Below the pieces are notes generated by a model. The model saw only the letters and a list, made by a program, of their open reading frames with translations. It ran no database searches and was not told where the DNA came from. A stretch of 63,405 nt of DNA, filler included, from Dimorphilus gyrociliatus (Eukaryota; Animalia; Annelida): the NCBI GenBank assembly GCA_904063045.1. It is 6 parts of 6 records of this genome, joined end to end, with 100 filler letters (N's around TTAATTAATTAA, not from the genome) between each part and the next. Parts side by side here need not be neighbours in the genome. Positions count along the whole stretch, not along the records: positions 21,185 to 28,660 come from CAJFCJ010000302.1; positions 28,761 to 42,303 come from CAJFCJ010000204.1; 4 more parts are not named here. One strand, given 5' to 3'. The translations under genes and the position numbers were made by a program. Each line of letters starts with the position of its first letter. The stretch's first letter is position 1. Below, piece by piece: positions 26,462 through 39,404 of the stretch.

Positions 26462-27548
26462 CTTGGATTCTGAAGATAACAAAAGTTATCAAGTAGGATA
26501 TGAAATACAAAATGAACAATTGGCTCATTTTCAACATATTGGCTCTGTGTGTTTTTTGGATATTAATAAACAAAATGCAGGAAATTTTGCAGAAAATAAA
26601 CAGTTTATCACCAGACATGAAAGCATTGACTCTATTAAAGAAAATCTTGAAGAGAGTGGATTACATGCCAGGATGTCTGGAAAAGTTAAAAAGCTGATAA
26701 TATTTTGTCTTTCTCCTAAAGTAAAAGAGTATGATAGTTTGGTTGATAAAGCAAGGAATATTTTAGAACACTTGTCAAAGTACAGCTCAAATGAATTTGA
26801 TGTTACTATAGTTGCTAATCCAACAGAGCAGCATTTAGAAAAAATCAAAAAGCAATATATAGACACTTTGCATTATAAGTATCAAGCACTTTTCTACTTT
26901 GGTCATGGTGAATATGGTAGTGTTTATCTTAAAGATAAAAATATTGAAACATCACATTTGCAAAAATTATTGACCTGGTCACACAAATGCTTTTATTACT
27001 TCTCAAAATGCAGGTATTTTTTAGGTGATAAAGAAAGAATTGAAACAGATGAGAACACCATTCATTCTGTAATCGCTGGAGAAAAATGCGTTTCTGAAAT
27101 GAAGCTATGCAATATCTTTAAGGTTGTACTGAGGACGTTTATTGAAGATTTGGGTAATGGCAAAGTTGAATTTAATCAACTTAAGCAGAAAATAGAAGAA
27201 GTTGTTGGACCAACCTTCTCCCCACAAAATTTCTTTAAAGAAAAAGATAAATTTGTGAATCTCAAAAAATTGCTAACAATGGAAGATGGCCATTGGTACA
27301 TTGACTTCGGAAAGGCAAAACAGTACCCAAATGTTAAAAAAGTAATCAGGCACAATGATATGTTATCTATTAATGGTGTCGATTTTACTTTTATTAATGA
27401 ACGAGAAGTCAACCAAACAGAAGGTGTTGTGGATTCTTACAACAACATTATTATAGATACAAAGAATTTAACTTGTAACCAGATCTGCCTTCCATTGAAA
27501 GAGCATCCCAAGAACCAGACTGTTAGCAGACTACAAAGTGATAATTGA
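26462..27548 (+). CDS. Divergent caspase-fold (peptidase C14/clan CD-like) protein exon
   Basis: Acceptor tttctag at 26461. ALFYFGHGEYGSVYLKD (His-Gly, His codon 26904) and CFYYFSKCRY (Cys codon 27009) follow hydrophobic strands as in clan CD dyads. Confidence 0.55.
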
Positions 27549-28056
27549 ATATTAGAGGCAAACCCTATTTAAATCCTCATTGGCTGTTACAATCATTGAG
27601 TCAATTGAGATGATTATCTGAAAACAGCCTAGATTGGAATAAGCCTCTCACCTTTCCACATTAGATGCTTGATCTGCTTTTAAACTCTACAATAATTATT
27701 ACTGACTTATATATTTTATTTTGAATGAACTGTTTAAAGAAAACATTTTGGTTGATTTTGTCACATCCAATTTGAGTTTATACCTTTACAGAATAGAAGT
27801 CCCCAGTCCAGTTTTAGCCCATAGTCATGAGTAATAAGTATTATTACTGTATTTTCATAAAATACTATAATAATTCATGTATATCAATTGTAAAACAGTG
27901 TCCTAAGGTAAATTTAATGTAAAATATTTAATTAAATAGATGGTGACTCATTTTTAACGAACCCCTTTTTTTGAGGTATAATTACTAAAACTGGATTTTA
28001 TGAAAGGGTGAACCATACCCATAAAAATATTAGGTTTTTTTAATGTTATTATTTAG

Positions 28057-28660
28057 AATTATAATGATGGAACCTACAAAAATTTTACTGATGATCAAGC
28101 ATCTAATGGTTTTACTCATAGTGATTACTACAGAATTGGTAAGCTTGCTGTTCAAGTACTTCGCAACAATGAATTATTTGCAACTCCTTTGGAATTTTCT
28201 GCATCAATTCAAAATCGTCTGGGAACCGAACAATTCGCCAGATCAAATTTAGTTTCTCTGCAACAAGGTGATGTGTTAACTGCCAAAGTAACATTGCATA
28301 TTCTTGGAGCTTCTGGACCATTAGCAGGAGTTAATACCGAAACTTATATGGGGGCTTTCAAAATGAATGAGGCATTGGCATATTTCCAAGCAACAAGAAC
28401 AGACAGCACTTGCAATGAATTTCGACGTGTCAATTTGAAAGATATCAACGATTCAACTGCATCGTGGAATGCAACAAGAAATGAGTATGTGGTGAAAAAT
28501 GAAGGAATCTACTTTATAGAGTTCACTTTTGAAAAGTACCACAATTCAAAATTAGACTTGAGAATGTTCTTGAACAATGAAAGAGTTGCAGTATCAATGA
28601 AGCATAGTATATTAGATAGGAACACCTTATTCTCAAGAACTCTTCTGCTAAGTTTAAAGG
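28057..28660 (+). CDS. Tandem C1q-like domain exon, truncated by the spacer
   Basis: atttag| open frame. SNLVSLQQGDVL..TYMGAFKM ends one C1q domain. LAYFQA..WNATRNEYVVKNEGIYFIEFT..SRTLLLSLK is a second. Confidence 0.7.
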
Positions 28661-28760
28661 NNNNNNNNNNNNNNNNNNNNNNNNNNNNNNNNNNNNNNNN
28701 NNNNTTAATTAATTAANNNNNNNNNNNNNNNNNNNNNNNNNNNNNNNNNNNNNNNNNNNN
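28661..28760. other. Artificial contig-joining spacer
   Basis: 44 N + TTAATTAATTAA + 44 N. Confidence 0.97.
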
Positions 28761-28935
28761 TTTTTCAAAAGGCTACGCCAGAAATACACGTGGCCAAACT
28801 CAAACCTTGCCTGGTCATACTTAACATTTGGCCAAGTGTTGATTGATGACCATGTTTAAGGTTTGTCAAATAATGACTGATATAATGGCCTACAATTCTT
28901 GATGGAAAAAAGTTGTTGTAAGAGCTAGGTTAGGC

Positions 28936-28978
28936 TTAGGGTAAAACCACAGATTTATGGTTGTTTTCTGCCACATCC
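28936..28978 (+). repeat. Right end of the TTAGGG-bearing MITE family of 969-1175
   Basis: TTAGGGTAAAACCACAGATTTATGGTTGTTTTCTGCCACATCC vs 1133-1175; four mismatches in 43 nt. Confidence 0.75.
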
Positions 28979-29127
28979 TACATGAACTTATTTTGATCTG
29001 TATCTTTAATATACAGTCCGCAGCAAATATATCCATATATGGATAAAAAATTTCTTTTCAAAAACTTGTTTTTCTGTAATTTTGAGAAATAAATTATTTT
29101 TTCTTAAATAAATTTAATTGCGGGTAT

Positions 29128-29278
29128 ATCATATCAGTGATGGAACATTTAAAATTGTAGAGGTAACATTTTACCAATTAGTGGCCATACAATGTTATGT
29201 GAAAAAAATTAGTCTTGACACAGTGGTCTTCATTTTATGACATCCCAACACATGAGAGCTTACAAATTAGCATTTAAA
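29128..29278 (+). mobile_element. MULE transposase relic of the same family as 16049-18174
   Basis: Reads SDGTFKIVEVTFYQLVAIQCYVKK../MTSQHMRAYKLAFK|gtaatg vs VDGTFKIVKEPFYQLLTIQSYVKK..MTSKHKRAYKLAFK|gtaagt. The intron position is the same. Confidence 0.75.
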
Positions 29279-29332
29279 GTAATGGCTAATGTCAATCATA
29301 TTTGTAATTTGTTAACTTTAATTCTTTTTTTA

Positions 29333-29614
29333 GAGAATGTGCTTTGATTCTTTCCATAATTTTCTGTAGAGCTACAAAGTGTTCTTCCAATGTTTTGGTA
29401 AAAACTATAATATCATCCATATATTTAATGCAGATGTTTTCCAATCCATTAATAACAAAATTTGCCATAACATGGCTGAAGTGTGAACATTTGCCAAACT
29501 AAAAGGCATGCAGTTGAATTCAAATAAATCAAATGGTGTAATAAAAGCAGTTTTCTCTTTGTCCTCCTTGATGGGGATGTGATGAAATGCACTTCTTAAA
29601 TCTAGTCTCTTCAT
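29333..29614 (-). mobile_element. Ty3/gypsy reverse transcriptase relic
   Basis: LDLRSAFHHIP..KTAFITPFDLFEFNCMPFSL, then after a frameshift ICIKYMDDIIVFTKTLEEH (YMDD motif). Confidence 0.85.
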
Positions 29615-31855
29615 CAGATGAGTCTATAACCATTATGGAATCATTGTCAGACTCAGTTGTGTTAACAAGCTCTTCTTCACCAAAATTTTTTTCTGGAAGT
29701 TCAAGAACTAGATCTTTTAGGTTGGAAATGTTGAAATTCAAGATCTTAACAAATTTCAGAGCAATTAGAGAAATATTATTGAACCTATAGTGATTTGAAG
29801 TTCAAGGACAATTGCCTGTGTTTGGACTGAAAAATTTCATTAAAGGAAAATAATATCTAAATTGCTTGAAATAGAAAAAATAAGTTATTTAGTAATAATA
29901 ATGCTATTAAATTAAATAGTGTAAAATTTTGTCAGTTTGCAGAGAGGTTGCAAAAAATGATACCTGTAAAAAAGATAACCAGTGGCAGAGAGAAATGAAA
30001 TTGTAACATTTCATACCTTGAAAAATGTATATAAGGAAGTGCATTTCCCAAGCTTGACAGTTTCAGTTCAGTTTTTTAAGCAACAGGTTGTTTAGAACAA
30101 GAAGCTCATTTACTTGAAAAATATTCTTTGCACAAAATACTAGTGTTTTGTTAGTAAATTTCTCCCAAAATTTTATTTATTGAGACTATTTTTGGACAAA
30201 CTTGGACAATGAAATAAATTCAAAAAAAAAGGAAGAGACAACTTACCCAGTAGGACAACTTGAATAATTTCTAGTCAAGTTGCTGAAAAGCTTAAGAAAC
30301 ACTGAACTGACTATTACAAAGATTGTAGCGTTATACAATATCAAAAGTATTATAATAAAAATAAGATTTCTAGCAGAAGACGAAAGCAATGATGAAAGTG
30401 ATATTTCCATAAAATATTTTTATAAGTAGACTTTTTAATTGAACAGTTGGGAATGTTAATCTAATGGAAGCCATAAAGGAGAACTGTCTACTATTTGATT
30501 CTTTATGAATCTGAAAATATACTTTAGTATGAAACTAGTAAATTGGCCAACAGTTAAGCCAATATCAATTGAAAAAAAGCATGTTAGATAGATCAATGCA
30601 GTCTCGGATAAATCCACATCTTTGTGAGTAGTATACTTAAGATATATAAGAATCATAGTTCCATTTATCCAAAAATTCCCTTCTCACAAAAGCTTTATCT
30701 TTTAGCTTCTAAAAACTTTTTAGAATAGCTTCAGCTGGAAGAAAGGATAATAATTTTTTGGAAATCCAGCCATTTTCTGTGCACATCCCAAATTCTACAA
30801 TAATTTAATAATAAGACAAACCACTGAATTTAAATAAAAGCTTACTTGAATTTTTGAGTAGACAGCTTGTGTCCAATGGAAGACAAAACCTTGAATAGGA
30901 ATATTAGGGTAAACTGAGTTGAATGCAACAGAAAAGAAAGAAATGAGTAAGAAGGAAAAATCAGAAAGGGAAATAATTAACTTGCCTCTTTTCCATTAGA
31001 TTTTGAAGACATTACAACTGGAATAACAATTGTGGCTGTCATTTGCTTTAATGTTTTTTGGTACAACTCTATTTTTTATTCTTGGCTGGTTACCAATGCT
31101 TGTGAAAGTTTTTACTAAAACAAAAACTGGTACACTTTTACAAATTTCATTCTATAAATGTATCAATAGGTAGAAAAATGCAGTTCTAAACCAAAATGTA
31201 ATTGCTTAATTATGCATTTATTATGACGTCATCATTTTTAATCAAAGTTTTTTTCTTTCATTTTTGTCTGTACACTTACTGAACTCCAGTCTGTCTTTTA
31301 TTAAGAGAGTAGTGTTCAATTTTCTTTGTATTACATCAAGAAATAGCAATGTATTCAGTTCACCTCCTGTTTTTTATAGAAAAATCTAAAGCGTTTACTT
31401 CAAAGCTAGCCTATTCATAATAGTACTTTGTTGTACTGTAATTGTATGAATTTCCGGTTCGTCACAACTGCAATCGTCCTTTCCAATCATTTACCAATTT
31501 GCCAAAGTACTCACACAAATAGAACCTTTAAAGTTCATCAACAAAACACGAGTATTTCGTGCAAATAATATGTATTGAGTAAACTGAGCTTCTAGTTCAA
31601 AACAAACTAGTTTACCTAAATATTTGTGTATAATTTAATAAAAACATGTGGCTGCATATTATAAAAGAACAGCCTTGCGCGAAAGTAGGTCAAGCCTGCT
31701 TTTATCTATCAGTGTTATCAGCACTGCCCAATACTACCTATCTATTGTAGAATAATACTGACGAATGTATGTGTACACGTATATCTAGCATGGAGCGCCA
31801 TGCTGTTAAAACACAAACTGAGCGAAAATATGATTTCCCAGCAGAAATATTTTTT

Positions 31856-32236
31856 CTATTTTAAAAAATTCAAATCATTGACATCTGTTTTGATAAGCAC
31901 ATATCCTCGAATAAATCCTCTGCATAATGGACATTCGGGCTTTGGAAGATTAAAAATGCACTCTTTACAACTGATAACATGACTACAGGGAAGTATTAAA
32001 GTATCGGCTAACTTATTGAAACAAAGCTTACACTGCAGACACATTTTAACGTCTTGAAATTCTCTTGATTCGGCATCTGATAGGTTGTCCAAATCCATAT
32101 TACGCAGCAAACACAATATCTGCCGAATGAGTCACTTTCCGTGCACTTTCTTCGGTAACTGCAACTTATTGTTTGTCGACAACATACAAACAGTACTGGC
32201 CAGCGTTATGGCCAACAGTTTGTCATCAAAAGCCAT
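31856..32236 (-). pseudogene. Intronless IAP-type RING minigene with one in-frame TGA
   Basis: ATG 32236 MAFDDKLL..VHGK*LIRQ (TGA 32132-32134), continuing in frame to CKLCFNKLADTLILPCSHVISCKEC..CPLCRGFI. Confidence 0.7.
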
Positions 32237-32763
32237 GAGTCATATTTTTTTTAATAGAATGGTATTATCTTAACTTTTAAAAGTAAAGCAACTTTGGTGA
32301 TCATTAAATAGGTGTTGAGCAGTGCCTGATGGTCAACTATAAAGGCAGAGATGGTAACTTGTATAGGTTTTGTGCGTTGAAACAAAACCAACTAAAAATA
32401 AATTAGAGATGGATTAGTAACAAAGCACATCCGTTTGTAAATATAATACAAGATATTGTATAACAGTGCGTGTTTAGACAAATGCTTTTAGCAAAATTCT
32501 TTAGGCCTCAAAAATCTGTATGGATATAACCAGCAACACTAATGCCAATAAAATTAAATAATGATGGCCTTACCTTTTCTGCCTGCTCCAAACCTTTTAC
32601 AGAATCTAACATAGACCTTCAAAAGTTTCATCACGTGATGTGCAAACCATTCCTTGACAATTGTCATTCGTCAAGAAATCATTAAAGCTCTTTCTACAAT
32701 ACGCCTAGATGACATCGGAATTTATGTCTATTCCTTATACAGAGTCTTAGTATTTACTTTTTC

Positions 32764-32798
<35 letters not shown>

Positions 32799-33455
32799 AA
32801 GGGAAAGGAAGAGTAGGTTTAGTAGAATTAAAGATCCCTCGTTTCCTCAGCAACTTGATTGCTTATAATGTTAAATACTGCTCAATATCTCACTAAATAT
32901 GGACAATGTCTACAGGATTTTTTTTTTAAAAGATCAATCTCATCAAAAATTTCCATTTTGTTTTCAATCTTCTTAAATGATTTATTGATTCGGAATAATA
33001 ATACTTTGTTCTTTGGAAAAATATGTTCAATTTTTTTGTATAGAAATTACAAGTTAAAGTTTTTTTTATCTTCTTTGTTGTTAAAAATAGAATATAAACT
33101 CACAAAGTCCGTCAGATGATCCCATTAGATTTGGCAATGTACAAAGTACTCAAATAAGCCTTTTTCCTCATTTGATTAAAATTACAGAAAGAGATATTTT
33201 CCAATGATTACAACATGTTGGACACTTTTAGTAGAATCCGAACACAACATCAGTTAGGGTCAGTTAATTGTGTTAAAAATTGGAACAGCAAACGTGTTCT
33301 AAATGCCAAACCTAGTTTTTGCCTCTGAATAGATACATTTATTGTCAGTAACATTGATTTCTCCTATATTTCACCTTCTATAACAGATACATCGAATATA
33401 TATATATATATATATATTGACCATATGGATAATTATATCGCATTCATCAACTAGA

Positions 33456-35415
33456 ATGTCTGCAAGTTTGGTATTTTTCTCCTTTGCAGTTTCGCTCTTT
33501 TCTTCTTATCTTCTGCAAGTATGTTATGGATTTATTCAAGAAGATGATAATATTGCTAGAAATCGGACAGCATTTCAAATGAAAACATACACGGATTCTA
33601 ATATTGCAAAATTTGCAGTTGGATCAGAACTGGAATATACTAAATTTTCTCTCGATTTTCACACCTCTGATGGATGGTTGGCAATAGATCTAGAAAATTA
33701 CTATCACATAACGGAAATTTGTTTTTTAAATAGAGCTACTTCCGGTAAAAAATAACCTATTTAATAAACGATATAGCAGTAACCATTATTTATGTTATCT
33801 TATTGCAGGAGCTTTGAAATATTTCAAAGCTTTCGCCGAAGACTCTTTGATGAGGAATAGTGAATTGTGTTTTCAAAAATTTGGAATTATTCCACAGCAC
33901 TCCGACTCCAATTATACCAGTTATTATTGTAGAAGTTGCTCCTGCAAAGGATCGTTTATTAGACTGGAAAAAAGTACTCAATCCTTTGCTTTTGCCGTAA
34001 CAGACGTAACGGTTAGAGGAACATTGCTACGCAAATCGGAAGAGAATCTATATCCTTTGCAAAATGCTGACATCTATTTTAAAAGTGACGAATTAAACAG
34101 TAATCCAAAATTAATGGATGGTATTTTCGGTGTAGGATCTGCAATAGAAACGAATGCATTTCCCAATTCTAGACCTTTCGTTAGAGTGGATTTGAAAGGA
34201 ATCTACAAAGTGAAAACTGTTTTACTTGATACATTCCCTAACTTTGGTTTGTAGACTATTTTTGAAATGCGATTTTAAGATAAAAAATCTTTAACTTATC
34301 TTAGACAGTACCATCACCTCTCTAGAAGTTTACTTGAATCACTTTCCTGATACGTATGCCAACTATAGCGACAATAATAAGATAGGGAATATATCTCTGC
34401 CATACAGATCCGAGTCTTATACCCATGTTATCATTGCTGATCAATACATAACTGGAAGATATGTTGTTATTAGATCATTAGTAAAAACAGGCTATAATAA
34501 CTATGTAAAACTATCAAATATCTATATTTACTATAAGGAAAGTAGCAAAAAAACTGGTATCTATCAAAATAAGGGCAATGTCAAAACATATAAAATTAAT
34601 GGATTAACATCAACAACAACATTTACAAATCTAATAAGATTTCAATATAGAGATAATCAAATTAATAATATACTTCATACAAACGATATTTTGACCTTGG
34701 AAATTGAACCGGAAATCACCAATTTTTTCTGTATTAAAGGTAAATGAAACTGTAAAAAACAAAAAAAAAAAAATAAAAAATTTGTAAAACATTATTTTTC
34801 AGCGGACGCTTCACTCGATGTTGTTGGAAATCCGAAACGTTTAAATATTGAATTCCAATCAATTTACGGCAATAGAGAAGAAGAAATTGTTGAATTAGAT
34901 TATAGAAATGATCATACTATTTGTCATAGTTTGTACGAGACGACTGTTGAAAAGATTACTATGATAGCGAAATGTAAAATGCGAATAGACGATTTTGGTG
35001 TGTACGTATTCAATTTGAAACAAAGCTTAAGTAAGTGAATTTTTTCAAGTTTTTGTTCAAAAAATTTTAAAATAAATAATAATTACAAACAAACAAAAAA
35101 ACAAAAACAGTTTTGTTGGATAATAATTGTTTGTCAGCAACTGGCCAAAAGGTAATAAGTATTCCAGAGGCTGTTGTAAATCTTGCAACTGGAATAGGAT
35201 TAATGGGAGATAATATTGACGAAAATGGATTAGTAGTTTTGGATAAAAGAGATGAAACTTTTAGAATTTGTCAATACCAAAGTTCAAGTTATAGCGAAGA
35301 GAGTGAGAATGATATCTATCTATTTCGTTGTGATAAGGGAATGGGGAATCTAAGCATTGATCTACATATTTTCAACTCAAATATGACAATAACTCACGTG
35401 ATCAAAGTCCGTTAA
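33456..35415 (+). CDS. Secreted fucolectin-like (FTP/discoidin-fold) multidomain protein, paralog 1 (5 exons)
   Basis: Signal peptide. NIARNRTAFQ..GWLAIDLENYYHITEICFLNR, RPFVRVDLKGIY.VKTV and ITGRYVVIR. Short GT-AG introns. Confidence 0.7.
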
Positions 35416-36030
35416 GAGTTTGTGCTCCTTCTAATCAATTAATTCTTTTCTTTCTTTAACATTTGCTCTCCTAAACGATTAATAATAAATTTATTTTTTT
35501 AGAGATATGAATAGCTTTTTTTGAAAGTTCAATAAACTTTTTCTTTAAACTGGAATAGTATTTTAGTTCAATAAATCTTTAAATCACGTTTAGGCTTGTC
35601 TTTTAACGCAAGAAAAAATGAATGTTTTGAACCAATCTCTACAACAGAACTCAAGTTCAACAAGTGAAATATTACAAGTAGTAGTGTTTTATATTGAGCA
35701 AGAAATTTTGTATTGATCACCTTTTTTAGGTCAATGGCAACATTCTCTCAAGTTAAAAAGAAACTAGTACAAAGAAATGAGTGAAGAAAATAAATGGATA
35801 TTGGTATATCAGAGTTAGGAATGAAAGCCAGTGAAAGAGAGAGAAATGACATCCTACTGTATACGTCTTAGAAAAGGAGATGATAGAGGGAGAGTAGTGA
35901 TATAATTAATGATTACGTACTCAATTTTATTGAAATATTGAAGGATTGGAAAAGAAATTCGATAAAAATATACTCTTCCTTTGCAGAACGTCTACAAAGG
36001 CGTCTTTGACAATAGACTGCCTAAAGTAAA

Positions 36031-38143
36031 ATGGCTGCGAAAAACAACTGTCATCAGCACCAAAAGCGGAAAAATCACTTTATTATATTTCTACTTTTTA
36101 TTATTTTACCCAAATGTCATGGACTGATTGACGAAGTTGATAATATAGCAAGAGGACGAACCGCCTTTCAATACACAACAAAATCGGATAGTTTTTTGGC
36201 AAAGAATGCTGTTGGATCGGAATTGAATTTCATCAAATATTCAATGGATAATGAAGATTCTGTAGGATGGTGGACTGTAGATTTGGGCAATTTTTATCAT
36301 ATAACTGAAGTTTGCTTTATGAATGCTGTCGATGCTGGTTTGGATTTAAAAAATAACTGATGTAATCTGTCTTTGTTAGAAGTTGTTTCATTTTCTAGAT
36401 TATATGAAAAACTTTGCAGTCTATGCTGACAAGACACTACTAGAAGTTAATGAGATGTGTTTCAACAATCAGGGAAGCGTTCCCGTCACCAGTCCTTTAT
36501 CATCTAATAGCTATACGTGTTCGTCTTGCTCCTGCAGAGGGTCATTTATCAGGTTAAGGAAAAATCAACTTTCAACTCTTGCTGTTACAGATTTAAAAGT
36601 TAGAGGAACACTTTTAGAAAAATCAGGTTATTTTCTTGTTTGTCCCATAAACAAATCTATTCATTTCTTTTCCCAACAATAATAGAGGAGAATCTCTTTG
36701 CCATGGAAACTGCTCAAATTCTATACAAGAGTGACGATCCGAGTATTAATTCCAATATAATGGATGGTTTATTCAATACCCGATTGGAAACACTGGTAAT
36801 TGAAGATAATCGACCATTTATAAGGATTGACTTGCTGAAAAACTATCTAGTGAAAACCATTGTATTTGACACTCCTGCAGGTGTTGGTACGTATCTGTCC
36901 ATTTTGCTATTTAAGCATGCTTTTTGAAACTACTCACTTCAGATCCCGTAATAAACAATATTCAAGTGCATATCAAACGTTTTCCTGGCACTTATGGTGG
37001 ATTAAGTGAATATTCCAAAGTAGGAGTTGTTACATCACCCTATAAATCCGTTTTGCAAACTCACGTTATGAAAAGTGAAACTTTTAAAGATGGTAGATAT
37101 ATATCTTTCAGGTCATTCAGGAATGCGGGATCTACAGAAAATAACTACTTGAACATTTCAAATATTTATGTCTATTGCAAAGAAAATGATAAGGATATTG
37201 CTTTAGGAGAGATAAAAACTGGAATTAAATCTTACAAAATCAATGATATTCAATCATCGTCATTTAACAATCTATTAAGATATGAATATATTAATTTTAT
37301 AAACAATAGCAATTTACTAGACAAAGATGACATTCTTATCATAGAATTTCAGCCTACAATTGCAAATGTATTCTGTATTAAAGGTTTGTATAAAGTTTTT
37401 TGTCATTTTGCAGTTGTTGTTATTTCCAATAAGAAAATTATTTTGCTGCAGCTTTTTCTTCAATTGATACTCAAGGCAATCCAAAACTAATGCAGATGAA
37501 ATTCATATCAACAAATGGACATGTTAGGGAACAGAATGATACATTTGACTTTGTTCATCCTCATACATTTTGCAAAGCATTTCCAGAGATGACTGTCAAA
37601 CAAATCGAATTTTATCCAAGGTGTAAAATTCGAATAGATGATTTTGGATTGTATGTCTACAGCATTAAACAAACTCCAGGTATGTTGATATTAACAATCA
37701 ATTCAATTTATCCATTTTTTTGGGAAAAATGTTGCAGTAGGCTTAAGCTTAGCGTAAGATTTAGGACATTTCTAGGGTTTACAGTTAGGGTAAAACAAAA
37801 AATGGGACGTTTTTCTCCCACACTATTTTGTTTTTGTACAGTTTTACTGGAACCTAGTTGTTTGTCAAGTACTCTGTGAACCATAAGAGCTCCACAATCT
37901 ATTCTACACCAATCTACAGGTCTAGGATTACTGGGTGACAATCTCGACAACAACAGCGTAGTAGTTTTGGCAAAAAATATTAGTACTAATGGCTATGAAT
38001 TGTGTGAATACGATCGAAAGACTTTTTATGATACTATGATTAAATACGTTTATCTATTTATTTGTAAGCCTTGTTTCGAAATTATTGATATTCATGTTAC
38101 AAATGAAAACACAACTTTAACTCATCTAATTAAAATTTTGTAA
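36031..38143 (+). CDS. Secreted fucolectin-like multidomain protein, paralog 2 (6 exons)
   Basis: NIARGRTAFQ..GWWTVDLGNFYHITEVCFMN, RPFIRIDL, DGRYISFR, CKIRIDDFGLYVYS and TGLGLLGDNLD; colinear with paralog 1. Confidence 0.7.
37735..37822 (+). repeat. Degenerate intronic relative of the TTAGGG-bearing MITE
   Basis: TTAG-rich run ending TTAGGGTAAAAC..TTTTCTCCCACA inside the last intron of paralog 2. Confidence 0.4.
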
Positions 38144-39008
38144 AAACTAAATTCAAACTCTTCTTCTAACCTTATTATCTTGTTTATGATCATAGAATCT
38201 CAAACTGCAAAAAATATTTGCAGGAGATATCGCAAACAATTTAAAAATTGTATACACAGAATAAAATTTGTCAATAAGCATTGAATTGATTAATTGTTAA
38301 AAAAAAAAAATTTTTTTTCTTTTGTGAGAAGAAGAGAAGGGAAAGTAAATATTAATATTGACAGCTGGATAAAATCAAGGAAATTAGCAGACTAGTTTTT
38401 GTCTGAGAAGACTGATAAATCAATTTAGAGTTCAAGACAAACAAAGAACATTTGATCTTGTCTTTTAGTTCTCTTCATTTTTTTCTTTTCTTAAAAAAAA
38501 GGAAGAATTGATCATCAAGGATTGCGAAAATAAACTATTGATGAGCTTGATTGAATACATACTTTTTTGTCTTGTGTTTATTATGCTAATAAGAATATTA
38601 AGAAGAGAATTGAAAACAATTTCATATAACTTATCAGTGATATTACTCAATGTCAACACTGCTTGTTTTGAATATTGAGCTTTTATCCATGGGCAGAAGG
38701 GAGAGTATGGATTCATGTGAAAATATACTGAAGGAGAACTATGACAGCATTGGTAATTTCAGAATATTCCCTACAAGAAGTCAAAAAGGCAAAGAATAAC
38801 TTGTATCTAATGGTCATTAATTTGTTATAAAAAGGAAAGACATGAATTCCATAATTTGGTGGATGTTGATTAAGGGTTACTGTTAGGTTAGGAATTTTTT
38901 TGTTTAACCACACTTTCTTTTTCTTATCATCCGCATCTTTTTGTGCTCTTTTTTCTTTAAAGATTTCCAACTTGGAAACCATTGTGATGGATTTTCTCTG
39001 GGTTAGCT

Positions 39009-39404
39009 TTAATGAAATTTCTGCTTTTCCTTGGAAGCTTCATATAATTCTGCCAATGTCTGACATCTAGGATGTAAAACATCCTCCTGTAATCTTCTTT
39101 GAAAAACTTCTATCAGCTTCATTTCTTTCATTGTTGCAACCAATTGTGGGTTCTTTGGTCTAGGTGGAGAAAACTTCTTTATCAATTTCTTTGCTCTGTT
39201 AATAAACTTAACCACACTTTCTCCGCTCATTTGGTTTAGGTATACAGTTCTCTGATACTCTCTGGGATCAAGATCAAATTCCTCATGGAGGGCTTTCCAT
39301 ATTTCCTCTACAGTAGTCAACACATTTTCGTGTAAAGACTGCAATATTGCAGTATTAGTTTGAAGAAAACATCTAGATTCCATCATACTTAAACCAGCTG
39401 ACAA
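39009..39404 (-). mobile_element. LTR-retrotransposon gag-like relic
   Basis: W..L.EEF....YQR....NQMSGESVVKFINR (major homology-like region) ..C.TL.ELYE. Confidence 0.5.

Noticed and set aside
3835-32134. In-frame TGA in TRIM (3835) and RING (32132) suggesting TGA recoding
   Set aside because: TGA is used as an ordinary terminator elsewhere (e.g. 27546-27548), and the TRIM also has frameshifts. Pseudogenisation or error suffices.
5441-33417. Microsatellites (AGG)n 5441-5460, (AT)n ~18047-18069, (AG)n ~32775-32797, (AT)n ~33396-33417
   Set aside because: Ordinary simple repeats. The poly-Pro N-terminus in the track's GPCR ORF comes from a TTG start upstream of the real ATG.
38465-38982. Possible BIR-like motif (H..PYSPFCPW)
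   Set aside because: The other Cys/His ligands cannot be aligned and the frames are broken; too weak to call.
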